This document shows positions 8,528-17,397 of a DNA stretch of 64,000 bases, piece by piece. The notes below the pieces were generated by a model. It did not search any database and was not told the DNA's origin. It was given only the letters and a program-made list of their open reading frames with translations. The translations under genes were made by a program, and so were the position numbers. The first letter of the stretch is position 1, and every line of letters begins with the position of its first letter. This stretch comes from an uncultured Bdellovibrio sp. (GTDB lineage Bacteria; Bdellovibrionota; Bdellovibrionia; Bdellovibrionales; Bdellovibrionaceae), in assembly GCA_963932905.1 (NCBI GenBank), contig CAWVRN010000014.1, positions 1 to 64,000 on the forward strand. Reading direction: 5' to 3'.

Positions 8528-8914
8528 TTAATCTGCAGCTATCATGTGCTTTTCAAGCCACGTCGCAATTTCGTCTATTTCGATTTTTTTCTTGATAACC
8601 CGTTCGATAAGAAATATTTCTCCGTAGTCAGCGTTCACTTTCAAGCGATAGCCGTTCATTCTTAAAAAGATAGCCGTAGCAGCAAAAGCGACTCGCTTAT
8701 TCCCGTCGATGAATGAATGATTTTGACATAAACTTTGTAATAGAGCAGCGGCTTCAAGTGATAGAGTTTTGTAGTACCCTGTTTGAGGGCGCATTAGGGC
8801 ACTTTCTAGCAGTCCCAAATCACGAACGCCGTCTTTGCCCCCAAATCGCTCTATTAACCGAGTGTGAAGTTCCAAAGTTTCGGCAAGGGTTGGGTAAAGC
8901 CGAACTTTTTTCAT
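8528..8914 (-). CDS. doc: Doc (death-on-curing)/Fic family toxin
   Basis: GVRDLGLLESAL.RP and HSFIDGNKR motif. Confidence 0.92.
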   Translation of the reverse strand: MKKVRLYPTLAETLELHTRLIERFGGKDGVRDLGLLESALMRPQTGYYKTLSLEAAALLQSLCQNHSFIDGNKRVAFAATAIFLRMNGYRLKVNADYGEIFLIERVIKKKIEIDEIATWLEKHMIAAD

Positions 8915-9123
8915 TTGGCTAAACGCTGCAAAAGTTCTTCGTGATCTTTCAAAACCTCATCCATTGCATTACGAAATGCAGGTCTAACTTTTGAACGTTG
9001 AAGATATTCTGCAACCGCTTCAGAAACGACCCTAGAAATACTTCGATCCGTCTCCTTTACATATGACTTTAAATCTTTCAGGACTTTTTCATCGATCTGG
9101 GTGGCAAATTTAATGGATTTCAT
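8911..9123 (-). CDS. ribbon-helix-helix antitoxin
   Basis: KFATQIDEKVLKDLK...SISRVVSEAVAEYL; C-terminal HEELLQRLAK; ATGA overlap with the toxin. Confidence 0.8.
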   Translation of the reverse strand: MKSIKFATQIDEKVLKDLKSYVKETDRSISRVVSEAVAEYLQRSKVRPAFRNAMDEVLKDHEELLQRLAK

Positions 9124-9130
9124 ATTACAT

Positions 9131-9160
9131 ATAGTATCATGAAAATTCATGAAATATCAA
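9131..9160 (-). promoter_or_regulatory. TA promoter with TCATGA-N4-TCATGA operator between -35 and -10
   Basis: minus strand TTGATA-18 nt-TACTAT-7 nt-ATG; TCATGA at 9137 and 9147. Confidence 0.55.
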
Positions 9161-9187
9161 GAAAATGGTTTTTTCTTGTTTAAATTA

Positions 9188-9241
9188 GAATTGGTAGACG
9201 CGCTGGACTCAAAATCCAGTGCCCGCAGGGGCGTGGGAGTT
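9188..9241 (+). repeat. partial duplicate of tRNA-Leu (D-loop to T-arm), att-like remnant
   Basis: 54 nt identical to 7556..7609 except one A>G. Confidence 0.9.
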
Positions 9242-9246
9242 AGACT

Positions 9247-9305
9247 AACTGGCTCCATCGAAAGAAATTAAATCTCCCCTTAGCTGCAGGCTAAGGGGCT
9301 AGTTC
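9247..9305. repeat. REP/MITE-like palindromic repeat copy
   Basis: AACTGGCTCC ... CCCCTTAGCTGCAGGCTAAGGGGCTAGTTC, same family as 1..54 and 42861/43091. Confidence 0.8.
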
Positions 9306-9317
9306 CTAAAATTTAAA

Positions 9318-10361
9318 CTATCGAGTCACCCAGGCCGTGTGAAAGTGATCGGCATGACCCTCTGAAGTATTAAACTCTAAAATAAAATGAGGGCCTAAGA
9401 TACGAAAGTAGAAAGGCTTTTTCATGGTTACATCGCCGGTCCAGATCAACTCGATGTCCTTTATATCTTGTCTTGAAATGGAAATCATGTTCTGCCCGCT
9501 AATTTCAGCAGTGAAATGGCTCTGATACGCCTCAAGTAAATTTACGATGGTGGTTTTTTGTTCGTCAGTCATTGTCGAGCTAGAAAGACCCTTGTATTTT
9601 TCGGAAGGAATTCTGGTTTTGCCACCTAAAATCCCTGGGGCTACGGGGTTAAATAAGGGGACTTTTTTTATCGCCTGACCGGCCATACGTAGTTGCTCAG
9701 GCTGTAAACTTGTGGCCAATTGTTGGGCTAACTCCGCGACGTCTTTTAGCGGCTCAATGGATTTATCTCCCACTTGAATGGACTTGATTGTTGTGCCAAT
9801 GAAAACGGGTAGGGATGAAACTATTTCTCCATTCTCAATAGTAAAATTAATGGAAATGTGATGTCCTTCTAGCCGCCACGCCCATTTTTTATCAGAAGGT
9901 TTTCCAAAGAAAGTTACAAAATAATTTTCTGGACCGTAATCAAATAAGAATAAATTAAGTCGTCCGCGAAGTTCAACGGAGGAGTCTTTATCAAGTTCGA
10001 TGGCGGCATCTAAAGCGTCTAGTCCCTTCTCTGAAACACCTTCTTTTAAAAGGAGACGAAGAGCTTCCGTCTGGTCAGAATTTAGAGAATTAATTCCAAC
10101 TCCTTTTCTTTCAGGTAAAACCAACGACGCGATATGGGTTGGTTCAGGAAAAAATCTCCATTCCAAGTATTTTCGTGAGTTTAATGAAAGAACAGCGGAT
10201 TGTTTTTGGTTTTCTGTTAAACTATCTAGAAATGCCTGTGCGGCCTGAGACATCTTTTCTGCCGAAATAGAATTGGCGGCACTCGCGTAAGACGAAATCA
10301 GTAAGCTTGTTGTCAATGAAAGAATTGTGAGAACCCGTCTCATTTCAATATATAAATTCAT
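9318..10361 (-). CDS. DUF3500 family protein with signal peptide
   Basis: AAQAFLDSL, FFGKP..WAWRLEGHHISINFT, YFRILGP..ILEF, HFHTAW. Confidence 0.85.
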   Translation of the reverse strand: MNLYIEMRRVLTILSLTTSLLISSYASAANSISAEKMSQAAQAFLDSLTENQKQSAVLSLNSRKYLEWRFFPEPTHIASLVLPERKGVGINSLNSDQTEALRLLLKEGVSEKGLDALDAAIELDKDSSVELRGRLNLFLFDYGPENYFVTFFGKPSDKKWAWRLEGHHISINFTIENGEIVSSLPVFIGTTIKSIQVGDKSIEPLKDVAELAQQLATSLQPEQLRMAGQAIKKVPLFNPVAPGILGGKTRIPSEKYKGLSSSTMTDEQKTTIVNLLEAYQSHFTAEISGQNMISISRQDIKDIELIWTGDVTMKKPFYFRILGPHFILEFNTSEGHADHFHTAWVTR

Positions 10362-10409
10362 AAATCCTCCTATGTTTAACGCACAATAGCATACTTTTTC
10401 AAATTTTCA

Positions 10410-10437
10410 ATATTTTTGTCAACATTGACAAAAATAT
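10410..10437. promoter_or_regulatory. perfect 13-bp inverted repeat, candidate TetR operator
   Basis: ATATTTTTGTCAA-CA-TTGACAAAAATAT between the divergent DUF3500 and TetR genes. Confidence 0.75.
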
Positions 10438-10498
10438 AGTCGATATTACTATAATAATAGTCATTTTTAACTAAAATATATGATATAAATGAAGGTGT

Positions 10499-11116
10499 AT
10501 GAGTATAGAAATAAATCCGATCTATTATTACTCAATTGACCATAAAATGGGTAAGGCCGATAAACGGCGTTTGAGTATTATACAAGCAGCTATTAAAAGC
10601 ATGGCAAGTGAAGGGTACGAAGGTGTTAACTTTGAACGCTTATCACGTAAAATGAAAATCCGAAGATCTCACATCGTTTACTATTTTAAGGATAGAAACG
10701 AATTGGTTGTCGCCATGGTTCGCTATGTCGTAGCGTTGGCGCAAGAACTTACGGTTCAGCATCTAAGTAAGAAAAAGACGATCGAAGATAAAATTCATGG
10801 TATTTGTGAGGCTACCTTTCTGTGGGCCGACGAGTATAGGGAACATATTCAGATTTTAGTTACTTTCTATGCATTATGCGGGAGTCAGTCTACTTTTCGT
10901 AAACTAAATACGGAGTTAAAAGAGGTTGGAAGCGCACGGATAGCCGAGCTTTTAAAAATGTACGACAGTAAGGATTCAGCCGTTCATATTCGAAACAAAG
11001 CAAGAAGCATTCAAAGTACAATCGCTGGTCATGTTATTGAGTATATCGGTAGCAATTCAGATTTAAATTTTCAGATGATTTGTTTACGGTCGATTGATGC
11101 CATACTAGCATCATAG
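10499..11116 (+). CDS. TetR/AcrR family transcriptional regulator
   Basis: IIQAAIK...EGYEGVNFERLSRKMKIRRSHIVYYFKDRNEL HTH. Confidence 0.88.
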   Translation: MSIEINPIYYYSIDHKMGKADKRRLSIIQAAIKSMASEGYEGVNFERLSRKMKIRRSHIVYYFKDRNELVVAMVRYVVALAQELTVQHLSKKKTIEDKIHGICEATFLWADEYREHIQILVTFYALCGSQSTFRKLNTELKEVGSARIAELLKMYDSKDSAVHIRNKARSIQSTIAGHVIEYIGSNSDLNFQMICLRSIDAILAS

Positions 11117-12250
11117 TGAAGTTTTATAAAAAAAGTGGCACTCTCTATTTCCTTCCGAAATCCACTTTAAATAGCGTTGAGACTCTTGAATTGCCGGATG
11201 AGTCGAGGGGAATTGTTTAAGATGGTTCAAAATAGGCGTTATTTTTTCCATATTTATTTCTACTTCCCGGGGATTAGCATCAGTAAAGATATCGCTAATA
11301 CCGATCATGGCGTCGCGATTAATTTCGTACATAAGTGTTCCACGGTCATTAATTTGTTTAGTGCCGGGGCGGAACACGAAGCTAGAACGATACAGTTTTT
11401 TAAATGAGTCGATAGGCATACGTCTGAGTTGATATCCATTAACGTCTGCAATTTTTTCCATTCGCAGGCGATCATAAAAATCTTCTAATTTTTTGTCATT
11501 GTAGGAAATTACTTCAGCTGGATACACGGCGATTTGATTTCCTTTTTCCGTGATTGTTACATGAGGATGTTCCATCAATACAAAATTTGTTAGGAACATC
11601 ATCAGCGACGCATACAGGGGGCTGACAAATTCCATAATTTGAATAGCTCCTCCGATTAAAGATCTGTCGTAAGGATGGTGTTTTCCAGACAATACATTAA
11701 AGTAATTTATATTGGATAGCATCGGTTCCGGACGTTGATACATCCCTGGAAACCGAATTTCCGCAGGAAGTTGACGAGACGGATGATCGTAAACCATTTT
11801 TAAGTTTCCAACGATTTCTCCCGTCATGGCATCCTCTAGAACAATGACGTAGGTGTCGGGATGGTAAATTGGATCTAGTTCTTTCACCAAGGCCCAATCT
11901 TCGAATGTATATTCAGGGTCGGCTTTTTTAAATTCATCAAACACAAATTGGCGTGCGCGTTTCAGTTTTTGAATGACGCCTTCGGTGTTTTTATCAAAAC
12001 TGGCCGCCAAGATGGAAGCTTCTAGAAGTCGCCCATTATAAACTGAATGAATTCTTCGGTTACGGTGCGATTCGATAAGTTTGCTATGTATGGGATCACC
12101 AACTTTGTTTTCTTCAAAAGCTTTTATTAAATGATCAGGAGTAAAGCCGATACGATCGATCCAGCCCAGATGGCTGTGTGGGGATTTTGGTGTAGACAAT
12201 GCCACCGAGGTAATAAAAAGTAAAAACAAGGATTTCCAGTATGTGGTCAT
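11111..12250 (-). CDS. hypothetical secreted protein
   Basis: 379-aa ORF with N-terminal signal-like segment; C-terminal CHFFYK. Confidence 0.65.
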   Translation of the reverse strand: MTTYWKSLFLLFITSVALSTPKSPHSHLGWIDRIGFTPDHLIKAFEENKVGDPIHSKLIESHRNRRIHSVYNGRLLEASILAASFDKNTEGVIQKLKRARQFVFDEFKKADPEYTFEDWALVKELDPIYHPDTYVIVLEDAMTGEIVGNLKMVYDHPSRQLPAEIRFPGMYQRPEPMLSNINYFNVLSGKHHPYDRSLIGGAIQIMEFVSPLYASLMMFLTNFVLMEHPHVTITEKGNQIAVYPAEVISYNDKKLEDFYDRLRMEKIADVNGYQLRRMPIDSFKKLYRSSFVFRPGTKQINDRGTLMYEINRDAMIGISDIFTDANPREVEINMEKITPILNHLKQFPSTHPAIQESQRYLKWISEGNRECHFFYKTSL

Positions 12251-12688
12251 AGTTACCTATTTGGGTTATCAACTTCAAACGTAAAGCCTGAATTGAGCTA
12301 TCCAGGACCTATTGGTTTGTACAGAAAAGCCTCTTTTTGTGACTGAGCCCGTTTTATTTGACGGGCGTCATATTTTTATACAACGGAGGAGCTATGAAGT
12401 CCTCTTCCTGGAAGTCCTCTTCTTGGAGATTAATTAGGATTTGGTAAAAGTATAACGAAAAGATAGGCTACAATTCGTTACTGGTTTAAATATCGAGTTT
12501 CAGAAATATTTTCATAAACAGTATCTAAAACAGTCACTTTTTTATCAATTCTGCAATTCGTGAACAAATTTCAAGTGAAGGCATTCATCAATCGCTTCAA
12601 ACACTTAGCTGCAAAACAAATGTGTAACAATTTTTGGCCTTAGGATTGCTGATATGCAGAATGGATAGTTATACCACGAGGAGATTTT

Positions 12689-13903
12689 ATGAAATCGTTT
12701 TTAATCCTTGCGGTCCTTTCTTTAATTCCAGGGGTTGGATTTACACAAGGGGCGGCATTAGAATCAGAAGTTGATTCTGAATTAGAGCAACTTTACACAA
12801 CCAGTGCACCAGCGGCTAAGAAGACCGTTGTTCAAGCACAACCAGCAGCCGGTCAGCAAACGCAGCCGATTTATATTTTAAATCAAGCTACGCCGTCAGC
12901 TCAGGCTACTGCGCAGAACACTAACACTGTTCAAACTCAGCAAATCCATAAGCAGCCAACTACATTTGTTGAAGCTACGCCAATGGTTGAGTCGCGCGCA
13001 GACCAAATGAAAAAATCTCGTTTGGATGCTGAAGGGCAAACAGAAACTAAGATCGTTGAAAAACTTGAGCAATCTCGTTTAGACGATGAAAAACGCCGTG
13101 CTGATGTTTTATTTGGTAACAAATTTGACCAACTAAACAATAAGCATGAAGAGGCGGCTCCTGCGGTCAGTCAACCGGTTCAGCCAGCGCAACCTGTGCA
13201 ACCAACTATTATTCAGGTTCCTGTGCAAACAGTAACGCCTCCACCAGTTGAACAGAAAGATGTTTTAACTCGTGAAGCGATCCGTGAAGAACTTCAATCC
13301 GCTTTAAAAGTGGAACAAGAAGTTCCAGCGACAGCTGTTGAAACTAAATACTTCAGTGCTTTGTTAGGTATGCCGGATCACCCAGATTCATCAAACATTC
13401 GTGGTAACTACTCTTTGGGTGGTATCTTTGGAACTAAATATGACGATACATACGCGGTAGAAGGAGCCTTCATTTTCTCTAACTACACAATGAATCCTAT
13501 TTACTACAATGGATACGTAGCTCCAGACATGGATGTTAATCAGTATTCTGGTTCAATCGGTATCAAGTACTTTATGTTCTCTGGCATGGTAAAACCGTTC
13601 GTAGGTGGTCTTGGTCAGTATACATACCGAACATTCCAATGGGCTAACACTGGATACGCTAACTACTACGCTAATTCAAACAGCGAGACGTCTACAAACT
13701 CACACGCTATTGATTTAGGTCTGAATGTAGGTGCGGATGTAACATTCAACTCTAAATTTACAGTTGGATTTGACTACCGCTACTTCTTTAACTTGTCGTC
13801 TCGTCGTAACCAATCGGCGTTTGCTTATCAGCCATACTACGGTACAGCTCTTGAGCAGTTGAACTCGACTTTGATCAGCGTAACAGCCAAAGTTCAGTTT
13901 TAG
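12689..13903 (+). CDS. outer membrane beta-barrel protein with Q/P-rich N-terminal region
   Basis: signal peptide, alternating beta strands, C-terminal Phe (AKVQF); GAGGAG RBS. Confidence 0.8.
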   Translation: MKSFLILAVLSLIPGVGFTQGAALESEVDSELEQLYTTSAPAAKKTVVQAQPAAGQQTQPIYILNQATPSAQATAQNTNTVQTQQIHKQPTTFVEATPMVESRADQMKKSRLDAEGQTETKIVEKLEQSRLDDEKRRADVLFGNKFDQLNNKHEEAAPAVSQPVQPAQPVQPTIIQVPVQTVTPPPVEQKDVLTREAIREELQSALKVEQEVPATAVETKYFSALLGMPDHPDSSNIRGNYSLGGIFGTKYDDTYAVEGAFIFSNYTMNPIYYNGYVAPDMDVNQYSGSIGIKYFMFSGMVKPFVGGLGQYTYRTFQWANTGYANYYANSNSETSTNSHAIDLGLNVGADVTFNSKFTVGFDYRYFFNLSSRRNQSAFAYQPYYGTALEQLNSTLISVTAKVQF

Positions 13904-13956
13904 ACCTCATCAGTTCTAAGATAACGTATTTTAAACTAAATCAAACGATTCATATG

Positions 13957-13989
13957 AAAAACACCTGTTCATGCAGGTGTTTTTTTTTT
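13957..13989 (+). terminator. rho-independent terminator
   Basis: ACACCTG-TTCATG-CAGGTGT followed by a T run. Confidence 0.8.
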
Positions 13990-14000
13990 ATCATTAGGGA

Positions 14001-14690
14001 ATGAAGGCTGTCCTAATTCTTATTTTTGCTGGTTCTATTTCGTTTGCGGTCGACAAAGCTCATGATAAGAACCTTTCCCTTAAGCGTGGCCAGCTTAAAA
14101 AAACGGGGAATAGCGAATCTATACTGATTTCTAAAATTGTGGGTACGGCGGCAGATCAGGTTGTCACATCACGTGAAGTTCAAATCGTAAATCTGCTAGA
14201 GAAAGGTCTGATATCTGACAAAAATTTGAATCTAGTGGCGCCTGAGGACAATCGATTTAACGTCGAAGTAGGACAGGTGTTGCTTGAAATCGTCGTTCAG
14301 ACGGAATCGAATTTGTTCGAGTTTGATCAAATCAGTGATCAAGATTTCAAGGCTTCAATTGAAACGATTCAAAAAAATTTGGCTCAATCTAAAGAATGGA
14401 AGAATTTACAAGTGTCTAACTCAGAGCTAGAGCGTTTCCTTAAGCGTAAACTAGTGGCTAAGCGATTTATCAAAGTAAAATCCGATTCGATGAAGGGTTT
14501 TATTACAGATTCTGAAGCCAAAGAGTATTTTGATAAAAACCGTTTAAAGTTTGGCCAAGTTCCTTTCGCACAGTTCAAGGAAAATATTAAAACATTCTTA
14601 GGACAACAGCAGTTAGAAGAAAGACTTAAAGCGTGGTTTGAAATCACAAAAAAGAAATACAAAGTTAAAAACTACACGAACGAAAGTTAA
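14001..14690 (+). CDS. SurA N-terminal-like periplasmic protein
   Basis: KIVGTAADQVVTSREV, ITDSEAKEYF, W...KKKY.VK. Confidence 0.6.
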   Translation: MKAVLILIFAGSISFAVDKAHDKNLSLKRGQLKKTGNSESILISKIVGTAADQVVTSREVQIVNLLEKGLISDKNLNLVAPEDNRFNVEVGQVLLEIVVQTESNLFEFDQISDQDFKASIETIQKNLAQSKEWKNLQVSNSELERFLKRKLVAKRFIKVKSDSMKGFITDSEAKEYFDKNRLKFGQVPFAQFKENIKTFLGQQQLEERLKAWFEITKKKYKVKNYTNES

Positions 14691-14695
14691 TTCCC

Positions 14696-15127
14696 ATGAT
14701 ATTTAGGGCCCTCACAGTTCAAGATAAAACGGTAATCCAGTCCGTGCTTGATTCACGTCGTGATTTGTCGATAGTGGGCGTGAGTTGGACCCTGGACTCG
14801 ATCATTGAGGAACTTGGCGTGTCGGAGAGTTTGGGTTTTTTTCAGGACGACCTTAAATCCTTTATTGTGTTTAAAGATCTGGGCATGGTGATTGAGATTC
14901 TTCTGATTTATTCCCATAAGGATCATCAAGGTTCTGCCGCCCAGGTTTTTAAAGCATTGGTTGATGCATATAGCCACTTTGATGAGATTTGGCTCGAGGT
15001 TCATGAGGATAACACCTCGGCTATTCGTTTCTATAAACAGCAGGGATTTGTGGAAGTTTCGCGACGACGTAATTATTACCCCGATGGGAAAGCTGCTCTT
15101 AATTATAACCTCCGGCTTAAACGTTAG
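14696..15127 (+). CDS. rimI: GNAT N-acetyltransferase, RimI-like
   Basis: IWLEVHEDNTSAIRFYKQQGF...RRNYYPDG. Confidence 0.75.
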   Translation: MIFRALTVQDKTVIQSVLDSRRDLSIVGVSWTLDSIIEELGVSESLGFFQDDLKSFIVFKDLGMVIEILLIYSHKDHQGSAAQVFKALVDAYSHFDEIWLEVHEDNTSAIRFYKQQGFVEVSRRRNYYPDGKAALNYNLRLKR

Positions 15128-15302
15128 GTTATAACTGCGTAATATCATTGCGAATTAAACGATGACTGATTAAAACAGATTTTCCCGCCGGATTCATTTG
15201 GTTTTACGAGTGTGAAATATAGCTATAGATAGGTCTTGCGATCCTACCTGTATAAAGATAAATGCTTGATTCTATAATATTTTTTTGTTAGTTCTAACCC
15301 TG

Positions 15303-15326
15303 AGTGGGCGAGAACCCACTTTTTTT
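15303..15326 (+). promoter_or_regulatory. rimP leader hairpin
   Basis: AGTGGG-CGAGAA-CCCACT-T run just upstream of rimP. Confidence 0.6.
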
Positions 15327-15345
15327 GTTTTTGGGGACATCTTTA

Positions 15346-15891
15346 ATGAATGATAATAACACAAGTGACGGGTCTGAAAGCAGACCAAGTTGGTTAGAGC
15401 AGGTAGAAACCATCGCTAACCAAATCGCAGAACGAGAAGGCTGTCGTCTGTACGATATTGAATTCTCCTCACGAGTGTTAAGAGTCTACATCGATAAAGA
15501 ACCCAATGCCGGTATTAAAGACTGTGAAAACGTGTCTCGCGGACTGAGCGAAGCATTGGATACTGGTGACATCGTACCTGGCGAACACTACCAATTGGAA
15601 GTGTCGACTCCCGGTTTAGAGCGAGTTTTGAAAAAGCCTTGGCATTTTCAAACAGCCATCGGGAAGAAAGTAAAATTCCGAACTCAAAAATCATTTGAGG
15701 CTTTGGGAGTTACTGTGAATCAGCTGAAAAATTCAAAATCTCTGGAGGCTGATCTGGTCAAGGTCGAAGGCTCTGATTTGTATTTTGCTTTCGGTAATGA
15801 AGAAATCAAAATTCCAGTCGGTGCTGTTGAAAAAGCAAGAGTGTTATTTGAATTTGAAAAAGAAGTTAAGAAGAATACTAAAAAGCAATAG
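15346..15891 (+). CDS. rimP: ribosome maturation factor RimP
   Basis: LRVYIDK, DCENVSR, YQLEVSTPGLER; upstream of nusA. Confidence 0.95.
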   Translation: MNDNNTSDGSESRPSWLEQVETIANQIAEREGCRLYDIEFSSRVLRVYIDKEPNAGIKDCENVSRGLSEALDTGDIVPGEHYQLEVSTPGLERVLKKPWHFQTAIGKKVKFRTQKSFEALGVTVNQLKNSKSLEADLVKVEGSDLYFAFGNEEIKIPVGAVEKARVLFEFEKEVKKNTKKQ

Positions 15892-15971
15892 GGCATTACA
15901 GAATGTGGTGTCTGTAAGAACGAAGGTGTCGCTCGCGCGATGGCTTGATAACAGAAAAGAGAAGGTTCGCT

Positions 15972-17351
15972 ATGGCAGAAAGTTTTGATCTATCAAAAGT
16001 AATCGAGGCAGTAGGAAAAGATAAAGGTATCGATAAACAAATTATTATCGACGCCGTTAAGGATGCTATTTTGACAGCTGCTCGTAAAAAATATGGAACT
16101 TACCGCGAAATTGAAGCGTCTTACAACGAAGACACTGGCGAGGTAGAATTGTTTGAATTCAAAGAAGTTGTTGAACGCGCTAAATTCATCGATGACGAAG
16201 TAGAAATCCCATTAGACGAAGCTCGCAAACTTGATCCTCAAGCTCAATTGAACGATTCCATCGGTATCAAGATGGATTCATCTGATCTTGGTCGTATTGC
16301 GGCGCAAGCGGCGAAACAAATCATCTTACAAAAAGTTCGTGATGCTGAACGCGACATTATCTTTAACGAATTCGAACAGCGCAAAGGTGAAATTGCTTCC
16401 GGTATCGCTCGTCGAGTTGAAAAAGGCGCGATCGTTATCGACTTAGGTCGTACAGAAGCTCACATCCCATTACGTGAACAAATCCCAGGCGAACAATACA
16501 AACCAGGCGATCGATTGCAAGGCTTCCTAATGGAAGTTCGTCAAACTACACGTGGTCCTCAAATTATCATGTCACGTGCGTCTGAAGAATACTTAATTAA
16601 ATTATTTGAAATGGAAGTTCCTGAAATTTACGACGGTATCGTTGAAGTTTTATCTGCGGCTCGTGAACCCGGTGTTCGCGCTAAAATTGCGGTTAAATCA
16701 AATGATCCAGCTGTTGACCCCGTGGGCGCTTGCGTTGGAATGAAAGGTTCTCGCGTACAAAATATCGTTCAAGAATTACGTGGCGAGAAAATTGACATCG
16801 TTCCTTGGTCTGAAGATATCACACGTTTCGTTTGTAATGCTTTAGCTCCTGCGGAAATTTCACGTGTGTTCCTTGATGAATCTAACAAAGAAATTGAAAT
16901 CGTAGTGCCTGATAGCCAATTGTCTTTGGCCATCGGTAAACGCGGTGTGAACGTTCGTTTAGCAGCTAAATTAACTGGTTGGAAAATCGATATCGTATCT
17001 GAAACTATCGCAGCGTCTAGAACCGCTGAGGCGATTTTCAATTTGATGTTGTTGCCAGGCATGACTCAGACAATGGCTCAAAACATCTTCCAGTCTGGCT
17101 TTGGTTCATTCCAAATCTTGTCACAGGCTCCAACAGAAGAAGTGATGAGTATCCCAGGTTATGATGATCCAGATAAGGCCGCTAAGTTAATCCAAAGCGC
17201 TAAAGATTTAATTGAAAAGTATAAGGCTGAAGGAACTCCAGTTCCAACTTCACCTCAAGTTGCGAAAGCAGCAGTTAACAACTCATCGGCTAAGGAACAA
17301 GCTGATCAACGCTTAAAAGAAGAGCTTTCAAAGCTTCAGAGCGAAGAGTAA
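15972..17351 (+). CDS. nusA: transcription termination factor NusA
   Basis: GRIAAQAAKQII, AREPGVRAKIAV, GACVGMKGSRVQ, LAIGKRGVNVRLA. Confidence 0.98.
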   Translation: MAESFDLSKVIEAVGKDKGIDKQIIIDAVKDAILTAARKKYGTYREIEASYNEDTGEVELFEFKEVVERAKFIDDEVEIPLDEARKLDPQAQLNDSIGIKMDSSDLGRIAAQAAKQIILQKVRDAERDIIFNEFEQRKGEIASGIARRVEKGAIVIDLGRTEAHIPLREQIPGEQYKPGDRLQGFLMEVRQTTRGPQIIMSRASEEYLIKLFEMEVPEIYDGIVEVLSAAREPGVRAKIAVKSNDPAVDPVGACVGMKGSRVQNIVQELRGEKIDIVPWSEDITRFVCNALAPAEISRVFLDESNKEIEIVVPDSQLSLAIGKRGVNVRLAAKLTGWKIDIVSETIAASRTAEAIFNLMLLPGMTQTMAQNIFQSGFGSFQILSQAPTEEVMSIPGYDDPDKAAKLIQSAKDLIEKYKAEGTPVPTSPQVAKAAVNNSSAKEQADQRLKEELSKLQSEE

Positions 17352-17397
17352 CACTGAGGCGTTAGCCGGCAGACTAAACAGTAAAGGATAATTATTT

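Noticed and set aside
9188..9241. second functional tRNA-Leu
   Set aside because: Lacks the acceptor stem and a complete T-arm.
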